In this document: piece by piece, positions 28,200 through 43,049 of the stretch | Layout of the letters: the number at the start of each line of letters is the position of its first letter | Numbering within the stretch: the stretch's first letter is position 1 | Assembly (NCBI GenBank): GCA_951406725.2 | Contig: OX597828.1 | Coordinates: forward strand, 76,632,001 to 76,696,000 | Source of the DNA: Octopus vulgaris | Lineage: Eukaryota | DNA: 64,000 nt | Direction of reading: 5' to 3' | Position numbers and translations under genes: made by a program | Notes under the pieces: model-generated | The model's database searches: none | Seen by the model: only the letters and a program-made list of their open reading frames with translations | What the model was told of the DNA's origin: nothing

Positions 28200-28777
28200 C
28201 ATATATGACCTCCATACTTAACAGTGCACGCTTTAGCCTAAATGCCTGGCTGCTCACTTAACACATGCGTGAACATGTATCATATAGATAGAGAGAGCTA
28301 GAGCGATAGATCCTCAGAGTAAAACTAAAAGGAAGACAAGAGTAATGGTTTAGTTCATCGAATGATTACTTTGATGGAGCGCGATCTGAAATTGTTAGGC
28401 ATGACGTTTTGAATAATTGTACTTCATCACAATACCGAGAGCAAATAAAGGGAGAGGATGAAATACGGAGAATAAAATGTCTCATAAATTCAATTATGTT
28501 CGCTAATTGAACGATTATATAACGAAAATACGTGGAACATGAAATGGCGTCGCTTGGCTGGGTCGATTTCTTTTCACTGGGATTCTTTAAGTCAGGAAGT
28601 CCCACAATGGGTTCAAACTCTCGCGCTTGTAATCTTCAAATTAATTACTTAGCTTTGAGAGAGAAGACAATTATATCGATAGATATGCAAAGGTTTGGGT
28701 TTATAATTATGAATACATCGATAGATCAATATGTAGATCAATGTATATGTGTTTATCTATCTTTCTTAGTCTGTATA

Positions 28778-28999
28778 CACGATGGGAGTGCAGAAAGGTT
28801 TCTGGCTTTAAGGGTATCGTGAAAGGCTTGCTTGGTGACCCAAACCTTCGCGATCTTTCACGGGACTTAGAAAAACTAAAGGACCGCTGCAATAAATGTG
28901 TGAATCTGAGAGACAAATATATCGAATAAAATCACAATTAAATAAAGCTCTTGTATTTTCTTTGCCCAAAAGCCAGGAACTTTTCAGCACTATCTTGTA
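28778..28999 (+). mobile_element. Mariner-derived MITE retaining the transposase C-terminus
   Basis: TIRs gtgcagaaaggtttctggcttt / aaagccaggaacttttcagcac; encodes LEKLKDRCNKCVNLRDKYIE*, like the mariner end KL..RW.KCV...G.Y.E*. Confidence 0.85.
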
Positions 29000-29291
29000 T
29001 GTAAGTGTATTTCAAACAAGTGAGTGATAAGAATAGAGATTAAAATAAAACACTCGTTATCAAATAATCTGACTGCAATTACTTGGTTCCATAATTGAAA
29101 ATAAACAACACAGTTTAGTATACCATAGTTCGCTGAACATCGATGCTCATTGAGGTATATGCTGCGCATAGAAGACACATGTTTATGGTTAGTCATATTT
29201 CAGTCGCATTTGCTCATGATCCACCTCAGAACGGCACCGAGATATTTAGACAGTTTGCGAAGTTTGTACTTCTCATAAATCACAAACAAAG

Positions 29292-29545
<254 letters not shown>

Positions 29546-30387
29546 GGATACATACATATAGACAAAGAACTGTAGACAAAGATAGACAGAGCTGCAGAGG
29601 GTGAGATGGCTTAATTACAGTTGTAATGGGCATTAAAAATGAAAATGAAACGAAAATATCTGCAGAACTCCAAGAGTGTGTGGAATCGGCAGAGTGTGTG
29701 TCGAGTATTTGCTTAATTCAATGCTTCTCTCAAATATCTAATTATATTTACATAATATCCTGGAAATATCCATTCGATATTTATGTAAATATATACTCAC
29801 AGAATGTTGTTGATATATCGAGTTTTCATTATATGTCGCCATGTCGACGTCCATACATACATATATACGTATACCTGCATATATGCATGCATATATGCAT
29901 GCATACATACACACATACTCACACACACACATATGCATACACACGCAAACACACTAACACACACATATCTATATATAAATTCATGTATGAATGCATATAC
30001 ACACACATACAGACATCATGTATAAGTACACAAATATTCATCATATATACATGTGTGTGTGTCTGTGTGTGTATGTATGTATATATGTATATATACCCAC
30101 ACACGCACACGTACACTGACACATATGTGTCGCCATCAGTTATCGCTTTGCTGTATGTGTATATATATATATATATATATTTGAGTAATTGAATGAATTA
30201 TCTTATTAAGGATAATTCGAAAGATAACCGATACCTGGGTAGCAAATTCACATCAGAAAGAACACGGTTGAAGCTACGTCCCTAGGGCATAGACTACGTG
30301 TCTTCGTGTGGAAATTTGTATGTTTATTTTAAAATTATAAGTATATGAAAGAATGGAGTTGAACGACTAGTTAACAAATATCCTTTA

Positions 30388-30470
30388 TTCTCGACATATG
30401 TTTCGAAGGCTGCATATTCCTAATTCCGAAGGAATAAGGAGTAGATTATGCAGATTTCTCATCAGGAAAA
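30388..30470 (-). ncRNA. Type I hammerhead ribozyme with canonical core, in a PLE-like terminal repeat
   Basis: Minus strand ttttc-CTGATGA-gaaatctgcata...tatgcagccttc-GAAA-catatG-TC|gagaa: P1 ttttc/gagaa, long P2, palindromic P3 ACATATGT, GUC cleavage triplet, AATAAA immediately after. Confidence 0.8.
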
Positions 30471-30607
30471 ATCAAGGAACTTATGTCGACATCAAAATGC
30501 ACAAAAAACTTTTAGCTGACCGCTCTCAAGGAGCCCATGGCGATAATGAGTGTCTCTTTATAATGAGTGACGTCAGAGTGGCTGAATGTAGAAGAATCTA
30601 GAAGTTT

Positions 30608-30659
<52 letters not shown>

Positions 30660-30660
30660 T

Positions 30661-30827
30661 CTTTTCTCCTTTTTATTCTTTTACTCGTTTCAATCGTTTG
30701 ACTGCTGCCAGGACTTATTCTTTTGTAAGCGTACTACTTATTATATCGCTGTTTTTGCCGAACCGCTAGTTTACGGCGACGTACACACACCAGCATACAC
30801 ACACACATAAATATATGCATATATATG

Positions 30828-30898
<71 letters not shown>

Positions 30899-31055
30899 GA
30901 CGGTCTTCTTTTAGTTTACATTTACCAAATCCACTCACAAGGAATTGGTCAGCCCGGCGCTATAGCAGAAGACACTTGCCCAAGGTGCCACGAAGTGGGA
31001 CTGAACTCGGAACTATGTGGTGGGTAAGCAAGCTACTTAACACACAGCCACTCCT
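30661..31055 (-). mobile_element. SINE family A (internally deleted)
   Basis: Head and tail match the other copies. Confidence 0.88.
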
Positions 31056-32195
31056 ACATCTGTGTGTATGTGTGTATATGTGTGTGACATATTCATGTTG
31101 ATTAAAGTTGTATACATCCTTTTATGGATGTATACTTAACTTTGCCATGTGCTCCTACGTCTATATATATTTATATTTGTAAGCGCAGTGTATATAGCCA
31201 AATAAGTAGGTTGTTCCCTTCTCAACAATGAGGTCCCGGTTTCAATCGCTCTGAACGGCATTTGGGGGCAATTGATTTTTATTTCCTCGAGTCAACCAAT
31301 AATTTCTGAGCGAACATGGGTTGATAGCATCTGTACAGATGTTTTTCATGTACTCTTGAGTGGGGCAGACCTGTACTTCAAAGGGACACTCTGTTGCACA
31401 TACACACACGCACACACACATACGCACACACACACACACACACACACGCACACACACAAATACTTAGTGTTGCGCTTCACCTGCTGGATAATTACGCTAA
31501 GTTCCCACGTGTTTGCGGATAGACATTAATTCAGGAGGAAATATGGTGGATCCGCGGACGACGAGCGTTACAATCAATTGACATGCATGCGTGTCTCTCT
31601 GTATTTCTAATAGTATACCTGTGTATATTTGCATTTGCCTTGTCTATATTTCTCTCACCGACATTCATCTATCGCTCCGCTGACCGCTGCTGAGACGAAT
31701 TGTTGTCTTTGTGTGATATTTATTGATTTCAACATAGCACATAAGTGAACATGTGCATCTTTAATCAACATACATATCTCACCTGCATATACACACACAT
31801 GTGTGTGTGTATATCTATCTGTGCTTTCTCTGGAATTTGGATCCTTTCAAATCCAGTGAGATCTTTGCTAAAAGATATACTTCGAAATACTCCTGTCAAT
31901 AACTACAACTAATGTTAACCTATGGATGTTTCAAATTTAATTATTCATGTCTGATCTTCACTGTGGATGAATTTGAAATGGAGAGCTCTGGCTAGAAGGC
32001 GCAGTATTGGATTTTTCCCGAATATTAGACAGGCTTCTCTATCTTCCACTGGATTTAATACTTGAAAAAAGGTGTCATCGTGTATAAACGTCATGCTGAT
32101 CCCTTTATCACCTGTTAATAATGGTGAAATATGTAATATAATTCTATGTAAACATCCGCACTAACAACAGACGCTGATGTCAATGAAATGTAAGC

Positions 32196-32263
<68 letters not shown>

Positions 32264-32290
32264 ATATTTATATGTATATATTTATATGTA

Positions 32291-32326
<36 letters not shown>

Positions 32327-32789
32327 TGTATGTATGTATGTATGTATGTATGTATGTATATGTATACACACACACACAGACAATGCATTATTTTAATGCA
32401 TCTCCCTTCAGGTACATTTCAATTCTTTTTTCTTCCTCTTTCTTCATGTTTCTGCCTTATATAATCTTTACTGCTACCTACCCCCCCTCTCTCTCTCTTT
32501 CCTCCTGTCTCTGTTTTCCTCTCTCCCTTTCTGTCTCCTTACTTTACCATAATGTCCCCCGCAATGTTTTCTCTCTCCTTCACTCACCGACCGTCATTCT
32601 ACTCTTTCCCAATCTCCAGATGTCTTCATTCCATTTTCCAATTATTCTCTCTCACTGCCACCTCCCTTCCCCCACCGCATCTCTCTCTTAATTTCACCAA
32701 TACTTATATGTTCTCCATCACCTTTCTTTCAGCCTGACCTCTTCTTTTTTTTTCTCTTATCATACACATCCCTCTCTCACTCTATCTCT

Positions 32790-32824
<35 letters not shown>

Positions 32825-33628
32825 AAATATGCCTGTCTCTGACCAATTTTCTCGTTAATCCGCTCACACAGCCATACACACAGATAACACACCACTTCTG
32901 CCGCCACCACCACCACCACCACCACCAGTAACTCATTATTTTCCTCGACCATTCCATCTCGTTTCCCAATTGCTATCATAACACCTATAACCAATCGATA
33001 CTCACTGATCAGCGGAAACATTTCATGACCATCTATGGACAATAAACACAACAACGACAACATCAATAACAATAGCAAGAATTACAATATCAATGTTAAT
33101 ATTATCAAAGGAAGGCTTTATATTCCTACATCAATTTACGATAGATCATAGCAAATTAAGATCTCTCTGATATGACACAGTTCGCCATCGTAATAGCTTT
33201 ATTCCTTTGAGAATTTTTACGTTCCCTCCGCCATCTTTCCCTGACTGAAGCAATGTCTTTATGACACTCGGTCACCTTTACTTTATATCTCCCTTTCTCT
33301 TTGTTTATATGTGTGTGTGTGTCTCTACAAACACACACACAAACACACACAAACACAAGCACATACACACATACATATATACACCCTAACATATATACAT
33401 ATATATATAGATATACATACACAGACACATGTATATATGTACATATATATACATGCACACATACATGTATTTTGTGTGTGTGTGTATATATATATATATA
33501 TAAACATATATATATGTATAATATTCATACATCTATGTACACATATGTAGACAAGCATATATATATATATATATATATATATGCATACACATATATACAT
33601 ATACACACATACATACATGAATTTGTTG

Positions 33629-33660
<32 letters not shown>

Positions 33661-34004
33661 TACGTTATGAAATTCGCAGGATGTTGCATCTGATACATGC
33701 AAAATCTTTTTTAACAACGCGTGTGCTCAATATTGCGACAAAACAGTCACAGTAGATCTCCCTAAATGCTTGTCTCCACTTTAAAAGCATAAGGACACAG
33801 GAAATGTGTCATGGCCAACTGGAAATGCTGTTTCCTGGGGCTAAATAACAGTAGCATTCTTCCCTTTTATGGGACTGTCACATTAAATTGACAACATGCT
33901 TTCACTCACTAAATACGTCTGAACACATTTAATTAACATTGCGTCAGATATTAATTAGTTTGTTATAAGTTGTATAGCCTTTATTGGAGAAGAAAAGTAA
34001 AATA

Positions 34005-34075
<71 letters not shown>

Positions 34076-34269
34076 CAATTCCGTTTTGGCACGGTCTCCC
34101 TCGATGCAGAGGGAAATTATTGATTGTAATTATTTGGGTGGGGGGGACCTATTGGGTATATATTCCGTGGGGTTAGTGGATTTCGGCCGTACTGCGATGA
34201 GAGGGATCCTATTGAAGATTCAACTAAATGAGTTATCTATCCTGAATTAACGTAATTACGTAAATATGT

Positions 34270-34380
34270 TAACGTAAGTGGTTGAGTATACCGCAGAAAT
34301 ATATCTTTAATGTAGTTGCTTCACAGATTCCGAGTGACACAATGAGTGTGAGGAGGCAGAAGCTTTTGTATTACGGGTAC
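34270..34380 (-). mobile_element. SINE family B fragment, decayed
   Basis: aagtggttgagtataccgcagaaa...cagattccgagtgacaca matches the reverse complement of the family B 3' half. Confidence 0.55.
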
Positions 34381-35282
34381 GATCTACCCGAGAGGATTCT
34401 GCACATGCTCCGTCTACACGAGTGATTCTCTACTTCGGTGATATGACCATTGGACGTGCATATTGGTCGTTAAAATTCATGTGCAATAAATCCGTAGTAT
34501 TTTTACAATCCACAAAATATGTTAACAATTCCTAATAATATTCAATTAGAAGAATTCGATAGTTTTTTTTAAAGATCGAATGGCTATTGGCTTCCACTTG
34601 AGTAAACTAGGAATCAAAGCAGTCCACAGCCAAAAAATGGTTGAGAACCCCACGTCTTCACTGTTCCACTTGCAAAGTATGGCTTGACCCAAAGCTATAA
34701 AAAAATGACATCCAAGATCCCACGCAGCAGTATCGAAACTGAGACCTCGAGATCGCCAAAGGAACTTCCTCATTGGAACATATTTATAATATATGGTAAT
34801 TTTAACGTATGTAGATGCATACATAAACGGAGACTGTAAACTGGTACGTGGTTAGGACCGTCAGTGACAAATTATTTTATCCGAGATATCAAAGAGAATA
34901 ACCGTCAGCAATGTCCGGGCTAAAATTCCAAGTCAACAGCAACTTGCTCAACACACCGCTGTGAATCTCACCTGTAAAGCCATTTAATCCGAAAACAATC
35001 AGGTGCAAGACGACAACATGCTATGCATCGGATTTTATTTGGAAATTCACTTCTCCTCAAGCGAGATGCTTAAGGAAAGACTAGGGGTTCCTTACTCTCA
35101 TCTCTTGGATGACTGTTGGCTGTATTGAGTTATTCTCTCATTTGACGAGTTTTGTTTTACATCCTGTATCATGTCCAAATAAAACCACTCTCCTAACCAA
35201 GCAGGCTTGCTTGTATACATACATACTTACATACATACATACATAGATACATACATACATACATACATACATACATGCATAC

Positions 35283-35313
<31 letters not shown>

Positions 35314-35407
35314 TGATTCCTATGAGCTATATAAATATATGCATATATATCTATATATATATACATATATGTGTGTGTGTGTTTGTGTGTGTGTGCATGT
35401 GTGCGTG

Positions 35408-35844
<437 letters not shown>

Positions 35845-35919
35845 AACCAGTAATAGTTACCCGTATTATATGCGCCGCTGCTGCCTTTCTTTTTAATAAT
35901 ACTAATGCTTTTAGGAGCT

Positions 35920-36230
35920 CTTGGCATGGCTGTGTCATAAGAAATTTGCTCCTCAACCGCATGATAAAGAGTTCAAGTTCATTACGCGGCACCGTGGGCA
36001 GCTATCTTCTGCTATAAACAAAAGCGGAAAACCCCCAGATATGTATATGCTTGATTATCGGTGTTGGTTTGTTTGCTTCTACATATCTTATGGGTTTGGT
36101 AAAAGTGACTGATTTGCGTAAGTACCACACTTAACAAATAAACACGGATGTCCATTTGTTGGAGTAAACGTTTTTGAAGGTGTATCCTTCGAATGGTCGC
36201 AGTCCGGTGATTGAAATAATCAAAAGATAA
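35920..36230 (+). mobile_element. Old, diverged family A SINE
   Basis: ggcatggctgtgt...aagaaatttgct head and atggtcgcagtcc..tgattgaaa tail. Confidence 0.6.
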
Positions 36231-36705
36231 ACCCCCTACACGTAAGGGTATATGGTTTATAAACTTTATACAATTGATATAAACCGACTAACAGGTTAGA
36301 TACGGTTGACTTCCTGAGGTAGATTCTGCTTCCTCCCTACACGGCTTAGCCAAAGCATTCATGCTCCTCTCCAGTCAATTCATTCCTCCATAGATACTTC
36401 CTTAACCTGGTCAACAATCTGATCTCAAAACTATTAGCTTTGCGGACAACCGTGGATAGTTGACTGAGGAGTGCCAAAGCAATTCAAAAGGATTACCGTT
36501 TAACTGAAATAATTTGTGGACCCTGTCTATTCTTTCACCTTTTAAGGATGGGAAGCTCCTAAATACCTCACACACTTAAATATGGATCTCCGTGTGTGGA
36601 TATATGAGCTTGTGTGCTCTCAGACACTATCTGCAACAAAACAGCCACCAAACTATTAAACATATATCAGGAAGAACAAAGAATCTTTTAGGAAAAAAAG
36701 GCAAC

Positions 36706-36769
<64 letters not shown>

Positions 36770-36915
36770 CCCATTCTACAGGGAGTTCTGAATCAGTTCT
36801 GAATACGCGTGTGTGTGTGCATGCAAGTAGATAATCACATACACATGCACGCACTCCCTCTAGCATTTATATGCTTGTATGTGTGTGTACAAAAATACGT
36901 ATACATATATATACC

Positions 36916-37016
<101 letters not shown>

Positions 37017-38081
37017 TTGTTTTATTTATATTTCTGAGCGCCATACTAATACAATTGTTCGTTTGTTTTCCACCTGCCTTCGTCTTTTGTCTATTTTCAT
37101 AAAGCTTCCCGTTATATATATATATATATATATACGTGTGTGTTTATATATATGTATGTATGTATGTATATCCTACCGACAGCTTTTTGCTTAATTAGAG
37201 AACATAATGTATATCTATATATATATGTATAAATACATGCAAACACAGACACACACAAATACAGACGCTCACACACCCACCCACCCACACACACACACAA
37301 ACATAAGCACGCGCACGTGCATACATACGTAGATGGGAACTGCAGACGCCCATCTCTGCCCTTACACACACACACACACACACACGCATACAGACACACA
37401 TATGTACAATCACGCATCTCTTTATTATTTGGGATCCGTTTCAAAACTGTTTAATAAATTTGCACTTGAAACCAGCGTAAAAAGAATCAATAAACCCGAC
37501 TGCCGCTGCGATGGAGTGCAAGCGTTCAGCATCTCTTAATTTCCTCACAAGAGTCGAGTTTCACCTCTTTTCATCTGATCAATTGATTGATTTGCAGTTT
37601 GTCTGTTTCTTTCTTTTCTTTTCACTCCACCCTTTAAGGAATATTTTCTTTGCCATAGTTTTTATTGTCTTTATTCTATTCATTTATATTTCTATTCTTT
37701 CCCCCCATCTTACCCCACCCCGGCCCTATTAGTCCCTTTTCTTTTCGAAATTTCTATCTCCCGATGTTCGCTTTTATCTAGGAATATCTGCTGAATACTG
37801 CTTTGTACTGAATTCCTAGTGCTTCAACCATTGAGTGCACACATACAGAGACACACACACACAAACATTGAGACAGACACGTGTATACACATATATACTC
37901 GTGCTTCTGTGTATGTACATGTATACATACGCATATATTATGCCCGTACATATATACATTTTATAAACGTATAATTATAAATACGCGTATGTATACATAT
38001 TCATATATAAATGCGAGTTAATAAATGTCTATATATATATTCGTATATTCATGAGGATGTATACATATATGTAAAAATATA

Positions 38082-38117
<36 letters not shown>

Positions 38118-38274
38118 ATACATACATATATATATACGTTGGGGACTTACCTCCCATTGTCAGTCACTTAAGGGAGTGCATCTGTGGCTTTGATTTAGTT
38201 AAACTCTTATCTTTAGAAACAGCGGTGCTAGCCAGTACCCTCTGTCACTTCTGTGGCCTTTATTAATTTGGTAG

Positions 38275-38598
38275 TGAAGGCGTGTGGCTTAGTGCTTAGG
38301 GGCATTCGGCTCATGATCGTAAGGTCGTGAGTTCAATACCCGCCGGTGCGTTGTGTCCTTCAGCAAGACACTTTATTTCCTGTTGCTCCAGTTCACTCAG
38401 CTGGCAAAAATGAGTTTTACCCATAATTAAAAAGGCCAGTCTTGTCACATTCTGCGTCACGCTGAATCCCCCTGAGATCTACGTTAAGGGTACGCAAACC
38501 TGTGGAGTACTCAGCCACTTGCACGTTAATTTAACGAGCAAACTGTTCCGTTGATCGTATCAGCTGGGACCCCGTCGTTGCAACCGACGAAGTACTCC
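38275..38598 (+). mobile_element. SINE family B, full length
   Basis: tggcttagtg A box, gagttcaatacc B box, gtccttcagcaagacacttt CORE-like segment. Confidence 0.88.
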
Positions 38599-38629
38599 TC
38601 TAATTAATTTGGTATATATATATATATAT

Positions 38630-38910
38630 TAGAGTATTCGGCACATCATGAGATCAATTCCAGGCGATGCGCTGTGTCCTTGTGTAAGGCACTTTATTTC
38701 ATGTTCCTCCAGTTCACTAGGCTGTCAAAAGTGACCGATACCAATATAGCAGAGGGACAGCATTGTCACACGTTGTGTTATGCTGAATCTTCCTGGGAAC
38801 TATGCGAAGAGTACACATGTCTGTGGATACGAGTTACATGTATGGAGCAAGAGAGTTTGATTCAAATTCATTGGTACTCTTCAGTTTCAAGCGTGACGCT
38901 CGTCGTCAGC
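38630..38910 (+). mobile_element. SINE family B, decayed adjacent copy
   Basis: gtgtccttgtgtaaggcactttatttcatgttcctccagttcact. Confidence 0.7.
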
Positions 38911-38963
38911 CATTTCGAATTTGAATTCAAATATATACACTCACAGTTATATCTGTGTGAGTG

Positions 38964-39027
<64 letters not shown>

Positions 39028-39060
39028 TATACATGTGTGTATACATACATACATATAATC

Positions 39061-39470
39061 TTATATCCTTTTATTCATTTATTTGTTTCAATCATTATAC
39101 GGCGGCCATGCTGGGGCACCGCCTTTAGTCGAGCAAATAGACTCCAGGACTTAATCCTTGTGACCCTAGTACTTATTCTATCGGTGGATTTTGCCGAACA
39201 GCTAAGTTACGGGGACGCAAACACATTGGGGACAAACACACACACACAAACACACAAACACACACACACAGACACACACACACACGCACACATACATATA
39301 TATATACGTCGGGTTTCTTTCAGTTTCCGTCTACCATATCCACTCACAAGTCTTTGGTCGGCCCGAGACTATGGTAGAAGACACCTGCCCAAGAAGCCAC
39401 GCAGTGGGACTGAACCCGGAACTATGTGGTTGTTAAGGAAGCTACTTACCGCACAGCCACTCCTGCGCCT
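39061..39470 (-). mobile_element. SINE family A
   Basis: Ends cacagccactcctgcgcct; body matches the family. Confidence 0.9.
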
Positions 39471-40313
39471 TTAGACACACACAAACACACGCAGATATAT
39501 ATGAATATATATTTACATATATAGACATGTATATGTATATATATATATATATAATTTTAATCCAAACGGGAAAACAAAAAAACAACAACAATGGAACAAT
39601 TACAGTATTATTATTAATAGGCGCTCAGGAAATATATATATATATATACATATACATGCATACATACATACATACATATACGGGGGTGTGAAGACACCAA
39701 TTTGTCAATTATACCTCTATGCGACAAACGTGAATAATAACGTCTCTATATACACCATTGAAAACACCTGAACTACTTAGAGTTAATATAGTATGCGGAT
39801 ATCAGATTCAATTACACCAGCTAAACTGTGCCACCATCAGCACCAGCACTAGAAATGCGACCCGTGACAATAAAACACACAAAAACAAAATTGAGAGCGA
39901 TAATGAATTTGACTAAATGTTCTTGAACAATGAAATTAAATGTTGAAGTTCATAGGAATATGAAAGATATATTAAAAGATGAAGAACTAAAATATAAATA
40001 AAAAAACGCTAAAATTCTAAGACTATCAAACTAAAATACCGAAATTATAGAAAAATATGTGGATATCAAAGGATAAAAAGAAAGCAGATATGACAAACAA
40101 TTTGGAGAAGAAAAAAAAGCGTTATGAAAAAAGCAAAAGCGAAATGTTTACTGCCTGCCTACACTAGCATAAATTTTATTTTCAAATCAGCTATTTTAAA
40201 GTCAGCACTGACTGACTTGCAGGTTTCAGAGCCCCAATTAATATGATCAGCCAATTTGGCAAAGTGTCGCTACAGACTACATCGGAGAAGGCCAAAAGAT
40301 AAAGAACAACAAC

Positions 40314-40430
<117 letters not shown>

Positions 40431-40596
40431 AAGAATTTGTACTTTATGCTGAGAAGTCACTCTCGCATATAGTAATATGCGCCCCTTGTTGAATATATAT
40501 ATACACACATTAAGTGTGTCTGTGTGTTTGTGTGTAACAAGTCAGTTGTAAAACCTCACAATGTATCGGAAAGTTTAGAATCATATTTCGTCATCC

Positions 40597-40628
<32 letters not shown>

Positions 40629-40722
40629 ATAGTAGTAGTTATTGTAGTTGTTATTCGGTTTCTCCTTCCTTGTCCCTTCACCTACCTTTTTTCTCTGCCT
40701 TTTATGCACGTACGTATGTATG

Positions 40723-40771
<49 letters not shown>

Positions 40772-40846
40772 GTGTGTGTGTGTCTGTATTTATGTATATA
40801 TATATATGTATGTGTGTATGTATATGCATATATATGTATACATATG

Positions 40847-40889
<43 letters not shown>

Positions 40890-41328
40890 GTATGTACATA
40901 CTTTTTAAAAATTTTTCTTGTATATTTCTGACGCATGGATGGTTTTTTTCAAATTATTTGTTCTTGTTATTTTTTTGGTTTTTTTGTACTTTTACAAGTT
41001 TTTACAATTGTTGCTGTTATTATTAGTGCAGCTATTGTTTTGTTTTTGTGATTGTCTAGCGAAGGGTGGATGGGCGCGGTTCACGCGGTTTAGAGACGCG
41101 GTTTTTATTGATGTGTTCATTTATATACGTATTCATTTACATTTTTTTCTAGCTCTTTAGCTCTCTAACTTCACCTACCTCGTTATCTCATACATAAACA
41201 CATACATTTATACACAATCACACATACACACACATATACACACATTCATCCGCACGTTTAATGATCTTTCAGTTTTTTTAAGTTGCTCTCATTTTTCATT
41301 TCAATTTATATTTCTCCTATTTCTATTT

Positions 41329-41346
41329 TTGTTATTGTTATTATTG

Positions 41347-41393
<47 letters not shown>

Positions 41394-41394
41394 A

Positions 41395-41429
<35 letters not shown>

Positions 41430-41517
41430 TGATTATTATAATTATTTAATTATTATTATTATCATTATTATCATTATTATTTTAATTTTCTTTTTCTTCT
41501 TCTTCTTCTTCTTCTTC

Positions 41518-41581
<64 letters not shown>

Positions 41582-41657
41582 CATTATTATTATTATTTTC
41601 ATTATCCTTATTATTATTATTATTATTCTTATTCTTATTCTTCTTATTATTATTATC
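41329..41657. repeat. (TTA)n/(TTC)n compound microsatellite
   Basis: Direct reading of the sequence. Confidence 0.93.
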
Positions 41658-42174
41658 AGTATTTGTTTCGCGGTGGAGAGGTGGTTCCAGTTTCCGGCTC
41701 ATATACTATTCATGCAATTTTCTGAATATGCAGTTTCAAATGCAATACAACCGTGGAATTCACTTCGATTCTTTTGCAGTTCTTTCACTTTCGATTTGCC
41801 ATTAAACGCCTTTTGTTCGTAAGGAAGGAAGGGGGTGGGCTAGGTACAATGAGGAAGAGGCATCAAGTTTAAAGAGTGGGGGTGATTGAAGGCTGATATT
41901 TAGAGCGTCTGTTCGTACGTTGGCGGGTATATGGGGTGGAATGAGTGCGTAATTATTGGTGAAGAATATTTGAGAATGGTATCATATTGACATTGTAGGT
42001 TTACATTGTTGCCGGGTGCTCTGAGAGGGGTGGGGTTGTGTGTGAGAGATTTGTTTACTCTGTGTTTCATTTCGGTTGAGAAAGTAAAAGTACGGCTGAT
42101 GCTGATCATGGAATTTCGTAAATCGAGATCAGGAATCGAGAAGGATCTGAACCAGGTAACTACAGCAAACAACC

Positions 42175-42231
<57 letters not shown>

Positions 42232-42382
42232 TATATATATAATGTATGCACGCACACGCGTATGAGTGTGTAGATATGTAAGTATGTACATTTTGTTTGC
42301 GATTCATATGTCTACTCGAGTATTCTCATGTATGTATGTATAATATTTACACATATGTGTATAAATACAAACTCACACACAT

Positions 42383-42431
<49 letters not shown>

Positions 42432-42579
42432 CATACACATATATGTATGTATGTGCATTTATCTATATACATGAATATATGTATATATATACACACACAC
42501 ATATATATATATATACATACACAGCTATATATGCATACAAATATATACACATGTATACGTACACACATAAATGCATATA

Positions 42580-42587
42580 AATATATG

Positions 42588-42631
<44 letters not shown>

Positions 42632-42649
42632 AAATATATATTATATATA

Positions 42650-42747
<98 letters not shown>

Positions 42748-42750
42748 TAC
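42580..42750. repeat. (TA)n tract
   Basis: Direct reading; one of many (TA)n tracts in the window. Confidence 0.93.
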
Positions 42751-42769
42751 GAAAGGTTAAACTACTGGA

Positions 42770-42915
42770 TTTCTTTTATTCTTTTACCTGTTTCAGTCAT
42801 TAGACTACGGCCTTGCTGGGGCATCGCACTGATCAATTGTAGTCGAATGAATCGATCCCACTGCTCATTTTTTAAGCAGCTGGAGGTTATTTAGACGGTC
42901 TCTTTTATCGAACTG
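42770..42915 (-). mobile_element. SINE family A 3' fragment
   Basis: cttttacctgtttcagtcattagactacggccttgctgggg. Confidence 0.75.
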
Positions 42916-43049
42916 TGGAGAATACTCTATACAGTTTCACACTTCCATTAACTGTTTGTAATTATATGAATCTATAACAAAATACTCCGCCCGCAGATCT
43001 GTTTTTCGAGATGGTAGGTTGTAATTTGACTGTTTTATCTAGGGGTCTT

